This document shows positions 27,191 through 40,470 of a stretch of 64,000 bases of DNA, piece after piece. The stretch is taken from positions 31,620,001 through 31,684,000 of the forward strand of contig NW_025963791.1 of NCBI RefSeq assembly GCF_023055435.1. The letters run 5' to 3'. The notes beneath the pieces are model-generated. The model searched no databases and was not told where the DNA came from. It saw only the letters and a list, made by a program, of their open reading frames with translations. The stretch is from Haliotis rufescens (taxonomy: Eukaryota). The number at the start of each line of letters is the position of its first letter. Position 1 is the stretch's first letter. Both the position numbers and the translations under genes were made by a program.

Positions 27191-28277
27191 CTACATATGT
27201 ACGAGAATCTGTACGTGTAGTTGTCTCCGAGAAGTCAATGTTGTTTTTATGCCGCAAGAACATCACATGTCAACTTCATCATAGTGATCTGTATTATGTG
27301 GAGTGTAGCATTATTTCATAACTGCTGACAAACACCTATTTACTGTTTGACATATAATTTGTTGTTTCAAAAAGGACAGTGTATATGTCGAGTGTCGACC
27401 AGGCAAACCCACAGCTGCCGATATGACCAGCTTGGAGTCAAGTCGTCAGGGAACGATCAGCCAGTCAGCCACGTTGTAACCATCCGCTCAAACTGAGTCG
27501 CTCTTGTGATAAGACTTTAATATCGTTTTAAAATCAACTTGAAGATTTTACAAAAACTGTATAGTGCTATAGGAACATATTATTTCCCATCTATTGAGGC
27601 GTCTAAGAAACGTGGGTCTATATATCTGTTTATCCTTGTGTTTCAACTAAACCTTTTCCTCATTACAGTTAAACTCAGTATCGTAATGCCGTACTGGATC
27701 TGCTATAAGAACAAGCTGGTTGTTTCCACACAATACAGGATATACCTTGTAGAGATAAACTAATACTGAATATATTAATTATTGTGACAATGTGTGCGAG
27801 CAGGCTTAATTTATGCTTAAAATGAGCACAATGTTTCTTATAACAGTCAGTATAAATGAATTATATATATTAACACCAATCCTTTCTTCATAATCAATAG
27901 CCCCCCCCCCCCCCCCCGAAATCCAAATACAAGGGAGGTAACTGTACGTTAGTATTCGAGACCAAGTCGCCAACATGCAAGATATCCTTATTGTGTCAGT
28001 TTTACAAGTCGAACAAATGATTATGAATAATTTATGTTAACACCAAGCTTTCCTTTGCCGTCAATGGACACACCGTCCCACTCTTTTCACAATACAAGGG
28101 AGGTAACTGAATGTTAGTAGTCGCCAACATACAAGATATCCTTATTGTGTCAGTTTTACAAGTCGAAAAAAGGCTTTGTTTACCAGAATGTCACATATAC
28201 ATCAAACTCATAATAATAAAAGAAAGTTACATCAATATATTTTACATTTCATTGTAACTTTGGGGCCAACAATTCCT

Positions 28278-28289
28278 ACTTTCGGTTTC
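28278..28289 (-). promoter_or_regulatory. ISRE/IRF-element-like motif GAAACCGAAAGT (copy 3)
   Basis: Identical 12-mer at the paralogous position; putative AG|GTATGT donor at about 28360. Confidence 0.4.
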
Positions 28290-29482
28290 TCTTCGATTGA
28301 AGTATCATCATTTGACAAAACTAAATTAAACCAGAATCTATAATTTAAGAAACACATACCTCATGTAAGTTGACACTATCGATGAATATACAGGTATACT
28401 AGTTCTTCATGTGCACTGTGTGAGATTTAATTGCATGTCCTGGATGCCTTGAAACAACCAAATCCCGCCAAGGTACACGCCTGTGCCTACGTGTCCCTTC
28501 TGCATGACGTACAAGGGAGGCAACTGCGATATCTCGACTAGTGGTGATTCAAAAGCGATTACAGCTGATGACAACTTAGTTTCCTGGATCGAATCTGGGA
28601 TGGCGTATATTTCAATATACGCACACTAGACACGCTATAAACAGTGTTTTTGTTATATCGTTAGATATTCTGCACCTTCGTTTTTGTACAAATATGTGTG
28701 GACATGTATGCATGTAATGTCGTTTATGTCAGTACAAGAAGTGATCATGTACCGATTTCACAGTTTAGTTCAGTGCGTTACTGGGTTATTCTCTTCGTTT
28801 CAGTTTGGAAATCAACTCGTGACAATAGTCCAGGCAGCCTTTCTTAGAAAGAAACCCATTATATAGACTTTGTATGGCAACATTGTATGGGATGTCTACT
28901 GTATAATAATAATCTAATAAAGACCAACACCGAATATTCATATCAAAATACAGTTCAACGCACAGTCCTTGTTTTGGACTTGTTTGTACACAGTCAGATG
29001 TATTCACAAGAAAGTGTTCAGTATAATACAGAGAAGGAACTGGGGCGTTGTGAGGCCAAAGTCATCAAAGCGACAGTAAAAAAGTTCCCTGACAACCGCA
29101 CAACGGGACGTGGAAAGAGTATCGTGGAGACGGAAATGATTATATTTCTTTTGTATACTGAGATTTGTAGTACGTGATGAATCCTGATTCGTTGACACGA
29201 ACATGCGCAGAGGGCACAGCGAATACCATGCTCTAAAATGAGTCTCTGAAATGATTCTGTAACGGTTTTTATGAGTAAGATTCACCTGTGCTGTTCGGTT
29301 ATTGCGTTGTGTGGAATTATCCGTACAGTATCAGTGCATTATCCGTGCATTTCCCATGCATTAAACTATATTACCTGTGCATTATCAGTACATTATACGT
29401 GCAGGGTCTGTCAATTATCCCCTTCAGTATCCTTCATTACCTATGTCTTATCCGTACATTACCCGTGCTTTATCCGTACACT

Positions 29483-29675
29483 GACTGACTGACTGACTGA
29501 CTGACTGACTGACTGACTGAGTATGGTTCTACGCCGCTTTTAGCAATATTCTAAGAATATCACGGCGGGGGACACCAGAAATGGGCTTCACACATCGCAC
29601 CCATGTCGGGAATCGAACCCGGGTCTTCGGCGTGACAAGCGAACGCTTTAACCACTAGGCTACCCGACCGCCTCC
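29483..29675 (-). mobile_element. tRNA-derived SINE family A with a variant (AGTC)n tail
   Basis: TSD tatccgtacact at 29471-29482 and 29676-29687; A/B boxes; family A body. Confidence 0.9.
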
Positions 29676-30489
29676 TATCCGTACACTATCCATACATTAC
29701 TCGTGCATTATCCGTACATTATCCGTGCGTGATCCGTACACTATCCATACATTATCCATGCTTTATCCGTACATTATTATTACAGTATCTGTACATTCTA
29801 CCATGACATTGATGAATGCTTCATTCTGATTCTGAATCAGAGGTTTCAAATATATTACAGTACCCATACAATATCTGAGCATTTTCCGTACAGTATCAGT
29901 ACATTATACTACCTCTACTCTGATCAGTATTTCTGGTATATCACGACATGCTTAAAGGAGGAGAGGCCAAAGTGATGAATGTTTTCGACGGTTCAGTGTC
30001 ATCACATCTCTGGGTCTCTTCAGCTTCAACTTTACTCGCCTCTTGTTTAGGACGGTGCCACTTCCTATTGGCACAGTTTGTATTGCGGTGTTTACTTTCG
30101 CTTTTTCATACATCCGGTAATTGTTTTTCGTCAGGACTCAGACAAAATATGATTTTTGCTGTATTAATAATGTGCCTGTTGGTTTAGTTATTCCATAAGT
30201 ACATTTTACTTAATGCATAGTGTCTGCAATGGAGACTACTGAAGTTACATGAGTGAGACTTTGCAAGCTTATGAAAGGGATACTTATCAAGCCTGAGTTC
30301 GAAAAAAGTTGCCATCAATATTGTTTTTGAGAGTTTTATTTTTCAACAGAGTTAATGCCCTTACTGCATGCTTTTCAACATTAACTAAATATGCTCATCA
30401 CTATATTAACAAAAATAATTCTAATATACCCCTTTTCATGGGACAGTGATAACGCTGTTTTCTTGATGATATATATCCTATGAGATATA

Positions 30490-30638
30490 GTGAGTGAGTA
30501 TGGTTTTACGCCGCTGTTAGCAATATTCCAGCAATATCACGGCGGCGGGACACTAGAAACGGGCTTCACACATTGTACCCATGTCGGGAATCGAACCAGG
30601 ATCTTTTTGACTGACGAGCAAACACATGCGACCGCCCC
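30490..30638 (-). mobile_element. SINE family A (insertion shared with 41206-41362)
   Basis: TSD tatgagatata; empty paralogous site at 19808-19818. Confidence 0.85.
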
Positions 30639-31645
30639 TATGAGATATACGAGGGATGATATGAGATAAACATGTATATTATTGCACGGGGTAAATGATA
30701 ATCTTACTGTAGTTTGAAGGACGAGAAGTGAGGTAATGGACTTTTATCATATAATGGCAAGTGTTATCGATGCGATACAGCAATATGCTAAACATGGTAT
30801 CACGATCCTATAAATATGCAAATGAGGTCGCCCACCAGGAACTACTTTCAAGCTCCATTCATCGATGCAATTTCTTTCTCAATGAACTGTAGTCAAACGT
30901 TCCCAATATGTTATTGGTTTCTACATGCGTGTTTTCTGTAGCCAAAAATGTACATATCAGTCATTGGTGCCTAAGATAAATTAGGTGGTTCACTCAATTA
31001 TGTAACAATACGCGGTTTTAAAAGTTACTTCATTGGGTGATATTATGTTATGATATTATTATATTACACACATTTATATACCATGCTTTTCCAGGTACTA
31101 GTATCTGCTCCAATGCGGTTTATTTGTTATCCGACCAGGGAGTCCGTTTGCATTCAAGTGATCATTCTCAACTACCTGGGGAGTATACAACCCACGCTGC
31201 CAACGGGCATTAGAGGGTTTTTCCATCCACTTTCATATTATGTGTGAAAGATCCAATATTTCGGAATGACATCATATGATAAAGATAATATTAGACTCGA
31301 ATGTTTCCGTACCATGACTATCTTATGTTAGGGATAAAAATATGCTTATATCCTAATATATGATATTTACAACACGGAAACACACTCGGCTAATACGCTC
31401 TATGTATTCTATCAATGAGGTTTACCTCTATGGTACAATTACAGATACCTTATAATCATGAATGATAATTAACCAAATTTATTGCTTTAGTAATGAGTAA
31501 ATTTGGGCCTTAATTAAAGGTTTCTTTATTTTTACAATAAAAACTTGGCTATATATGTTACATGTTAGTTCATGCCGTGCCCTCTGCCTGTGATGCTCTC
31601 ATAATCATCTGGAATATATAGCGGGTTTGGGGTTGTGTTGATGTA

Positions 31646-32830
31646 CGATGGGTGGCTGAAAAGTTCTGAGCTTAACTGCAAAGGATGAATAGTACACCCT
31701 TAACAGTTTGGAAGTATTAAGTACAATACAGAACCCATACGTTCCAAGCTTACAGGCTGTATTTAAACCAAATACTCAATCAGGAATCACATTTCGGTAG
31801 GCATCAAAGTGGCCAGGTATTCTCTCTTGATGAAAGGAGATAATAGGAACAGCAACTCATCCATGCATCGGGATAAAGTGGCAACTAAGGGGGTGATCTT
31901 TCTTCCTTTGTCCCTGTTGAGAGGTGAAGAAAGAGCCTCGAAGATGATCCAAGATCAGGATCGGAGACTCTCAACTTCCACCACAACGGGTAATGTTGAT
32001 GAAATACATGTCATTTTTATGGGTGATCAACTCACTTCACGTCGCACAGCCAATACAGTTTGAGTACATTCTGAGGAATGAACTGGCATGACAACGGTTT
32101 CAGCACGCTGTGTCCCAAGGAGTCTGATTAGAAACACTCCAGATTCGTCATCTCTTGTGGGAATTTACGTCATTTTGAAGCAGTTCCACTTGATTTTGTT
32201 GAGCGATTTGTAACCATGGGTAAGTCTTGAGTTCACTACTATCAGCCAGAGACTAGGCAACATTCAATGCAGTGGAAATATCTCACGTCTCCTTTTATCG
32301 AAGAAGAAGGCGTAGTCAGTTCCATCAGCTGGGAAGGTGATGGTTCCAGTTTTCTCAAATTCCAAAAGAATTCTACTGGTGAACTCCCTACCGACCATTC
32401 ATGGCAAATATTACGTCACTCTGACTTTTCAACTGCGCATGGATATCAAGGCTACTTTTTAAACGTCGTTGATAAATTACTAAAGGAGTTTTGTTTCCCA
32501 ACGACAATGCACCTGTGCACAAGTCTGTTGTTGTCATGGTTTCAATGCATTACCGTGGCTTTAAAGTCCTTGAACATTCTCCCTTGCTACCATATTTGGC
32601 ACCAAACTTGAAGAAGGAACTGTCTTGCAAGCATAATGCAAAATAATGATGACGTCAGTCTACTGTCGAGGTTATTTTACACCATTAGGAGGAGGCCATC
32701 CATACCAGTGAGAACCAGATACTCCATCATCGTTGGCAGAAGCGTGTGGACCTAAGAGGGGAGTATGTTGAAAAATAATTAGCAACCGATATTATCAAAT
32801 TTAGGCTCAGAAATGTTTAGCCACCCCTCG
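31646..32830 (+). mobile_element. Decayed mariner transposon with both TIRs and TA flanks
   Basis: ta-cgatgggtggctgaaaagttctgagc ... gctcagaaatgtttagccacccctcg-ta; fragments MTTVSARCVPRSL, MQWK, HRWQKRVDLRGEYVEK. Confidence 0.85.
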
Positions 32831-33549
32831 TAAATTTCTGATACCAATCAGCTGCTGTAGATATGACAGAACAACAGTTTGACGTTAACACCAACATGGA
32901 GTAAGATTATTTGGTAGTTCACGCTCATAAGCTTTACCTGACAACACCAAGAACTGTTACTTTAATTATTCCCCCAAAGCTCTCACGGGGGCACCTTGTG
33001 TTGTTTTCGATATTTCTTTTCCACATTGTATGCATGAGGCGGACAAAGGGAGTTATTCCCACTACTTAAAATGTGTTTCTGAGTTTTGACTGTACAGATC
33101 GATGATTAATATTCCCAATTTGGGATCCTGTCCAATTAGGGATAACATCTTGAAGATAAATATATCGGAAATGGCAGAATTTATATGCACCTCGTCGAAA
33201 GTACCGCACCATCAAACTTGAAGTGTAATTGCGAGTTAATTTTCAATGAAGATATTTTCAAATGGTACACTGTGTGCTGACACATCATCTGCATGTAGAA
33301 TGGTAGCTTGCTTAACTGCACAACCTTGTGGGCGCGTTCATGCGAGCCGTATGCACACCTGGGGGGTCTCTATATAGAAATTGATGCTTGATGACAGAAA
33401 GGTTATGCGTCTTAACTGCTATTAATTTGTATGAATTTTCAATCAGTCTCTTTTTGAAACAATTGTAACTGAAATGCTTAAGCGTACTATCCCAGAAAAT
33501 AAAAGATGGCAAATCATTAGCATGCACAATATACGAGCATATCATCTCG

Positions 33550-34190
33550 GGCTATTGATTGGACATGTGGGGGACTTGCTGGCGTCAGGACGTCCACGGA
33601 AGAGCAGTGGCAGAGAGAAGAGGGTCTTTTAACGCAAGGCAAAACGGGTTCCAACTTCAACTTGTGCTGTTCTTAGTCATCACACCAAAAACAGTGTCCC
33701 TTGGCACCTTCAGACGTCAACTGAATGCAGCAGGATTAAGGGCCAGAAGACCATTAACAGGTCCACTCCTCTCACTACAACGCATTCGGGACCGTTAAGC
33801 AGGGTGTCAGACTAGAGTATACTGGCACGTCATGGAGGAGGATTCGTTGCTCTGAGTGAGTGAGTGAGTGAGTATAGTTTTACGCCGCTTTATGCAATAT
33901 TCCAGCAATATCGCAGCGGAGGACACCAGAAATGGGCTTCACACATTGTACCCATGTCGGGAATCGAACCCGGGTCTTCGGTCGGCGTGACGAGCGAACG
34001 CTTTAACCACTTGGCTGCCCGACCGCCCCTCGTTGGTCTGACTAGAGTCGGGTCTTATTGCACCACACTGATGGTAGGACTCAGGAAACAGTGGCATGTG
34101 GGGGCGGATCAGTGATTGTATGGGGTTGTTGGTCCTTTGAAAGCAAACTTGATTTGGTCACAGTTCAGCTCAGGGGGACATTAGATGGAC
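33550..34190 (+). mobile_element. Decayed Tc1-like remnant interrupted by a SINE
   Basis: Paralog of 22860-23450; SINE inserted at 33856-34029. Confidence 0.7.
33856..34029 (-). mobile_element. SINE family A (insertion shared with 43339-43508)
   Basis: TSD tcgttggtctga; empty site at 23257-23268. Confidence 0.88.
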
Positions 34191-34286
34191 AATTGCCAGA
34201 CCCCAGCAGCACGAGCTGTGACTGAAAACCAATCACTGTAGAGTTGTAACACAAACTGAGATTAATACTTTGACTTCATGAGTTTC

Positions 34287-34556
34287 ACCTGTGTATATCC
34301 AGGTTAGAATATATATAGGTATTCTGAAACCCATGCTTACCATAAAAGGCGACTATGCTTGTAAGAGGCGACTAACGGGTTCTCAGGCTCGCAGGCTCGC
34401 TGACTTGGTTGATGTATGTCATCGTATCCCAATTGCGTAGATAGATGCTCATGATATCAATCACAGGGTTGTCCGGTCCAGACTCCATTATTTACAGACC
34501 GCCGTCATATAGCTGGAGTATTGCTGAGTGCGGCGTTAAACAACAAACAAGCAAAC
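34287..34556 (+). mobile_element. Retroposon family C copy
   Basis: Paralog of 23551-23803. Confidence 0.75.
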
Positions 34557-34995
34557 CGAGTATACTGTGGTTTCTGTATAGGTGTTGAGAGCCGGCAAGA
34601 CGAAGAAACAGTAGGCAGCACATTCAGTCTTCTTAAAAATACAGCAAGGATTTATTTCTTGACATGGGGAATTTGGTCCATTGCATAATTAATAATTCGC
34701 ACTTAATGCGTACCAGGTATCAACATTCCAGATCAGAATATTTCTACATTGTCAGGGCAAAGTAACAATGCTGTTTGTCATCACCCATTAAATTTCAAAT
34801 AAACAGAAAGGTCTTTGAACATTTCTTGTCACAATTATGGTGTGTGTTTCAGTTCAAACGGCGGATTTCATCGTGGAACAAAATAGATTGAATCTTATCT
34901 TGAGGAGAATGTTGAATCCACGTACAGACAAAGCTATCGTACGTATTTTAGTCATGGCTATGTTATTGCCGAAATCACCGTAAAAATATAACCGC

Positions 34996-37232
34996 TCACT
35001 CTTTCACTTGCGCGTTCGTACACAGAAAGAAGGTTCCGTATTTATCACAGAATATATCACGGTTGTCTTTTGAAATTAGGACATCCCTGACATACTCCCC
35101 CGTCTCTGTCAGCTGTATCACCTTGTTGGTGTCCCTGTCTACAAGCAGGATGCCTCCCGTGCCTGTAGTACAGATACCGTAAGGCAAGCTGAGTGCTCTG
35201 TCTCCGGTAGGGGCGTATCTCCACACAACATGCCCCTCTGACGTCAGACATGTCACAGACGGCTTCCCCAAGTCAGACACGAGTATGTTGCCCTTGTTGT
35301 TGACACACATGTAGGTGGGGTAGCTAAACAGTGTCTTATTGTTGTGTGTAGTGACTGACCTCAGCACGTGTCCCCCCATGTCCAGGATATCAACACAGTT
35401 GGTAGTACCTGCTGCTAGAGATGAAGGACTCAGGACAGCGAGACTGAAGTACCCCTTGCGGGTTGTGACGGTTGAGAGCAGCACCAGGTCAGGGGTCACT
35501 TCTACTGTTACAATCTGACTGGATACAGCAACCATCACCTGGTTCTCCTTCAACTGTGTTACACCCCATGGAGAGTTAACCAGGGGAAGTTTAAAATGAC
35601 ATAGTTGATTGCTCCTTGTGTACAAGGATTTCACACACATGTTCACCAGGTCAGTGACTACAACTGTCTGTATACCGTCTACAACCAGGACTGTGACGTC
35701 ACGTAGCCCGGGCTCCATCTCATCGCCCTCCATCTTCCCATCTATCACATCAACCAGCACTGGAGGCGGCAGACGTGTGCCCTGATCCTGGTATGTGACG
35801 TCAATCCTCCCCAGCTGTAGGTCATCTAGGATGTGCTGGACGTTGTCAGTGTCAGCTGTGAACCTGATGTCATCTATTCTCCGTGTGTCTGCTGTGTCTG
35901 TGTCCCTGACATCCCCCAACTCTACAGCCCCCGACTCCCAGGCCTGATACGCGTCATACAGGTCCATCTCACATTCCGATACCAAGGCCTGGTCAATGAA
36001 CTCACAATGTTGTCTGTACATCTGCATCTCAATCTCTTCAAGCTTCACACCACAGCGGAGTTGGCCGGCGTACGTCTGTGTTATGTGATTCAGTTCATCC
36101 ATGAGTTGTGTTTCTTTCTCTTTAATCTTGTTTATAGCCGTTTGACAGATTGATTTAATATTTTGCACAGTTAACTCCGTGATTCTTGAACTATTTCGTA
36201 GTTTCTCGTTTTTCATCTCTACCTTCTTCGACCTCACCTTCAGTCTCTTCCCCATGACAAATCTCTTCTCCAGCAGTACTGTCCTCATCTCTGGCTTCAT
36301 AGACTCAATGGTGACGACAGTTTTACAAGCTCTGTGGTAGATGATACAACATGTCTGACAAGCAGGCTTCTGACAGTCTTTACAGTGGAACTCTACATTG
36401 TTACTCTTGTGTTCTGTACACTTGACCCTCCGTCTGCCCTTTGACCTAGATGACAGATCGCACAGGTCATGGTTCTGTAAGATAGGGCTCACCCGGTGTG
36501 TCTTCACACATCTGTCACAGAGGGCCACTTCACACTCAGGACAGCACAAGGCACCTGGAGTTGTCTCCCCTAGTTGCTGACAGATCCTGCAGCAGGTGCT
36601 TGACGTCTCTGTAAACAGAAGTACGAACGTATTGTTTCTAAAACAATCCAATATGGGAATGCTAAGCATGTGAACAGTCTTTATTTTAAGTTCAATAAAC
36701 GATCAAACTTAATGAACAATTTCAAGTTTCTCATGAATAATTAAATCAACTTAAATATTACCATTGGTTGTACCTTTCACTTGTTCACCTGGCTTACCTT
36801 CCACCAAATAATTCATCAAACTGGATTGACATTTCTGATTGATACGTTTAAAGATCTTTTTGTCATAAATTTATCTATTCTTGAACTTGATAAACTGATC
36901 GATATGAATGTTACTTCTGGTTGAACTTAACCTGGTACATCTCCCTCGGCCCCGAGAGTGTCAATCAGCCCCTGTATAATGATACTGGGTATGATCTGCC
37001 CCGCCCACTCCTCCACTGGCCGGCTGGGATGGGGGACCTTGGTATCTTGTCGACAGAAGGCACAGGGGATCGTTTTGGACTGTACAGCTTCTGGTCTGGT
37101 TTGGATGTATCCTGTGACACATTTCCTGCAGAATGTGTGATCACACCTCAGTGTACAGGGGTCTGTGTACAGTTCGTGGCAGATCACACAGGTGAGGAAT
37201 TCTCTCACTTTCTCAATCTGGGATGTCGCCAT
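34996..37232 (-). CDS. TRIM RING-Bbox-Bbox-CC-NHL gene copy 4, 637 aa spliced, C-terminus shortened by a deletion
   Basis: Exons 37232-36932 (301 nt) and 36608-34996, phase-1 GT-AG intron, open frame throughout; same domains as copy 3. Confidence 0.9.
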
Positions 37233-37480
37233 CTGTAAAACAAGAAATTAAACGTCACACAAATCCTTTGATGATTTTACAAAAGCCGTATAGTGCTATA
37301 GGAACATATTATTCCCCATATATTGATATGCCAAGCAAGGCGTCTAAGAAACGTGGGTCTATATATCTGTGTTTCAACTAAACCTTTCCCTCTTTATAGT
37401 TAAACTCAGTATCGTAATGTACTGGCTCTGCTAAAAGAACAAGCTGGTTCTTTCCACACAATACAGGATTTACATTGAAG

Positions 37481-37763
37481 TGAGTGAGTGAGTGAGTTGG
37501 GTTTAACGCCGCTTTTAACAGTATTCCAGTCATATCGCGGCGTGTCAGCTTAATGTGGGAGGAAAGCCCGAAGTGATGCATGTCTTAGACATTTACCACT
37601 TCGGTGAAACTCACGAGCACGGGTATGGTGCTGACAAACCTAGAAACATAATTGGGGCGAACCAAGATTCGAACCCACAATCATAGGCTTCTGGCGTGCC
37701 CAAGGGACGCAACTCTGCACAGCGAATCGCGGCGCCTTAGACGACTGGGCCACCCGTGCCCCC
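37481..37763 (-). mobile_element. tRNA-derived SINE family B
   Basis: TSD gatttacattgaag (37467-37480 / 37764-37777); (actc)n tail; near-identical inverted partner at 38142-38424. Confidence 0.9.
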
Positions 37764-38141
37764 GATTTACATTGAAGAGAAAAACTAATACTGAATATAT
37801 GAATTATTGTGACAATGTGTGAGATCAGGCTTAATTTATGCCAATAAACTCGTGCAAGTGTGGCATTGTCGACATCATTTAAAATGAGCACCAACAGTCA
37901 GCATAAATGAATAAATTATATTAACACCATCCTTCCTTCATAGTCAATAGCTACCCCCTCCCCGAAATCCAAATACAAGGGAGGTAACTGTACGTTAGTA
38001 TTCGAGACCAAGTCGCCAACATGCAAGATATCCTTATTGTGTCAGTTTTACACGTCAAACAAATGATTATGAATAAATTATGTTAACACCAAGCTTTCCT
38101 TTGCCGTCAATGGACACACCGTCCCACTCTTTTCACAATAC

Positions 38142-38424
38142 GGGGGCACGGGTGGCCCAGTCGTCTAAGGCGCCGCGATTCGCTGTGCAGAGTTGGGTCC
38201 CTTGGGCACGCCAGAAACCTATGGTTGTGGGTTCGAATCCCGGTTCGCCCCAATTATGTTTCTAGGTTTGTCAGCACCATACCCGTGCTCGTGGGTTTCA
38301 CCGAAGTGGTAAACGTCTGAGACCTGCATCACTTCGGGCTTTCCTCCCACATTAAGCTGACACGCCGTGATATAACTGGAATACTGTTAAAAGCGGCGTT
38401 AAACCCAACTCACTCACTCACTCA
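38142..38424 (+). mobile_element. tRNA-derived SINE family B
   Basis: A box tggcccagtcgtctaagg, B box ggttcgaatcc, tail gatataactggaatactgttaaaagcggcgttaaacccaa(ctca)n; TSD cttttcacaatac (38129-38141 / 38425-38437). Confidence 0.9.
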
Positions 38425-39675
38425 CTTTTCACAATACAAGGGAGGTAACTGAATGTTAGTATTCGAGACTAAGTCTGATATCTATCTTTATTGTGTCAGT
38501 TTTACACATAAACAAATAACGTTGTTTACCAGTATGTCAGATATACATCAAACATAATAATAAAAGAAAGTTACATCAATATAATTTACATTTCATTGTA
38601 ACTTTGGGTCCAACAATTCCTACTATCGGTTTCTCTTCGATTGAAGTCTCATGTGTTGACAAAACTAAATTATACTACAATCTAATGTAAGAAACACATA
38701 CCTCATGTAAGTTGACACCATCGATGAATATACAGGTATACTAGTTCTTCATGTGCACTGTGTTTTAATTGTACGTCCTGGATGCCTTGAAACAACCAAA
38801 TCTCGCTGAGGTACACAACTGTACCCACCTGTGCCTACCCGTCCCTTTCGCATGCCGTACAAGGGAGGCAACTGCAATATCTCGACTCGTGGTGATTCAA
38901 AAGCGATTAAAGCTGATGACAACTTAGGTTCCTGGATCGAATCTGGGATGGCGCATATTTCAATATACGCACACTAGACACGCTATAAACAGTGTTTTTG
39001 TTATATCGTAAGATATTATGCACCTTCGTTTTTGTACAAATATGTGTGGACATGTATGCATGTAATGTCGTTTATGTCAGTACAAGAAGTGATCATGTAC
39101 CGATTTCACAGTTTAGTTCAGTGCGTTACAGGGTTATTATCTTCGTTTCAGTTTGGAAATCAACTCGTGACAACTGTCCAGGCAGCCTTTCTTAGAAATC
39201 CCCATTATATAGACTTTGTATAGCAACATTGTATGGGATGTCTACTGTATAATAATAATCTAATAAAGACCAACACCGAATATACATATCAAAATACAGT
39301 TCAACGCACAGTCCATGTTTTGGCCTTGTTTGTACACAGTCAGATGTATTCACAAGAAAGTGTTCAGTATAATACAGAGAAGGGACTGGGGCTGTGTGGA
39401 GCCAAAGTCATCAAAGCGACAGTAAAGGAGTTCCCTGACAACCGTTCATAAGCACAACGGGACGTGGAAACAGTCTTGTGGAGATGGAAAGGATGTTATC
39501 TTCTTTGTATACTGACATTCGTAGTACGTGCTAATAAATCCTGATTCGTTGACGCGAACATGCGCAGAGGGCACAGCGAATACCATGCTCTAAAATGAGA
39601 CTCTAAAATGATTCTGTAAGGGCTTTTATCAGTACGATTCACCTGCGCTGTTCGGTTATTGCGTTGTGTGGAATT

Positions 39676-40470
39676 ATCCGTACAGTATCAGTGCATTATC
39701 TGTGCATTTCCCATGCATTAAACTATATTACCCGTGCATTATCAGTACATTATACGTGCAGTATCGGTAAGTTATCCCCTTCAGTATCATACAATACCTA
39801 TGTCTTACCCGTACATTACCCGTGCCTTATCAGTACACTATCCGTACATTACCCGTGCTTTATCCGTACACTATCCGTACATTATCCGTGCTTTATCCGT
39901 ACAGTATCCATTCATTACTCGTTCCTTATCCATACATTATCCGTGCGTTATCCGTACACTATCCATACATTATCCGTGCACTATCCATACATTACTCGTT
40001 CCTTATCCGTACATTACCCATTCTTTATCCGTACACTATCCGTACATTATCCGTGCTTTATCCGTACACTATCCATGCATTACTCGTGCCTTATCCGTAC
40101 ATTATCCGTGCATTATCCGTACACTATCCATACATTATCCGTGCGTTATCCATACACTATCCATACATTACTCGTTCCTTATCCGTACACTATCCGTACA
40201 CTATCCGTGCTTTATCCGTACACTATCCATACATTACTCGTGCGTTATCCGTACATTATCCTTGCGTTATCCGTACACTATGCATAAATTATCCGTGCGT
40301 TATCCGTATACTATCCATACATTACTCGTTCCTTATCCGTACACTATCCGTACATTATCCGTGCTTTATCCGTACACTATCCATACATTACTCGTGCCTT
40401 ATCCGTACATTATCCGTGCGTTATCCGTGCACTATCCATACATTATCCGTGCTTTATCCATACATTATTA
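39676..40470. repeat. Expanded 10-11-bp minisatellite (tatccgtacat / tatccgtacac / tatccgtgct variants)
   Basis: Visible tandem units; shorter paralogous tracts at about 19470-19530 and 29320-29780. Confidence 0.9.

Noticed and set aside
28560-28600. Possible hammerhead at ctgatgacaac (also about 38913)
   Set aside because: No stem II or GAAA follows the CUGAUGA.
38142-38250. Genuine tRNA genes at the SINE heads (also 14659, 27092, 42100)
   Set aside because: A/B boxes are present but there is no proper cloverleaf; the full copies continue into a SINE body and tail, most with TSDs.
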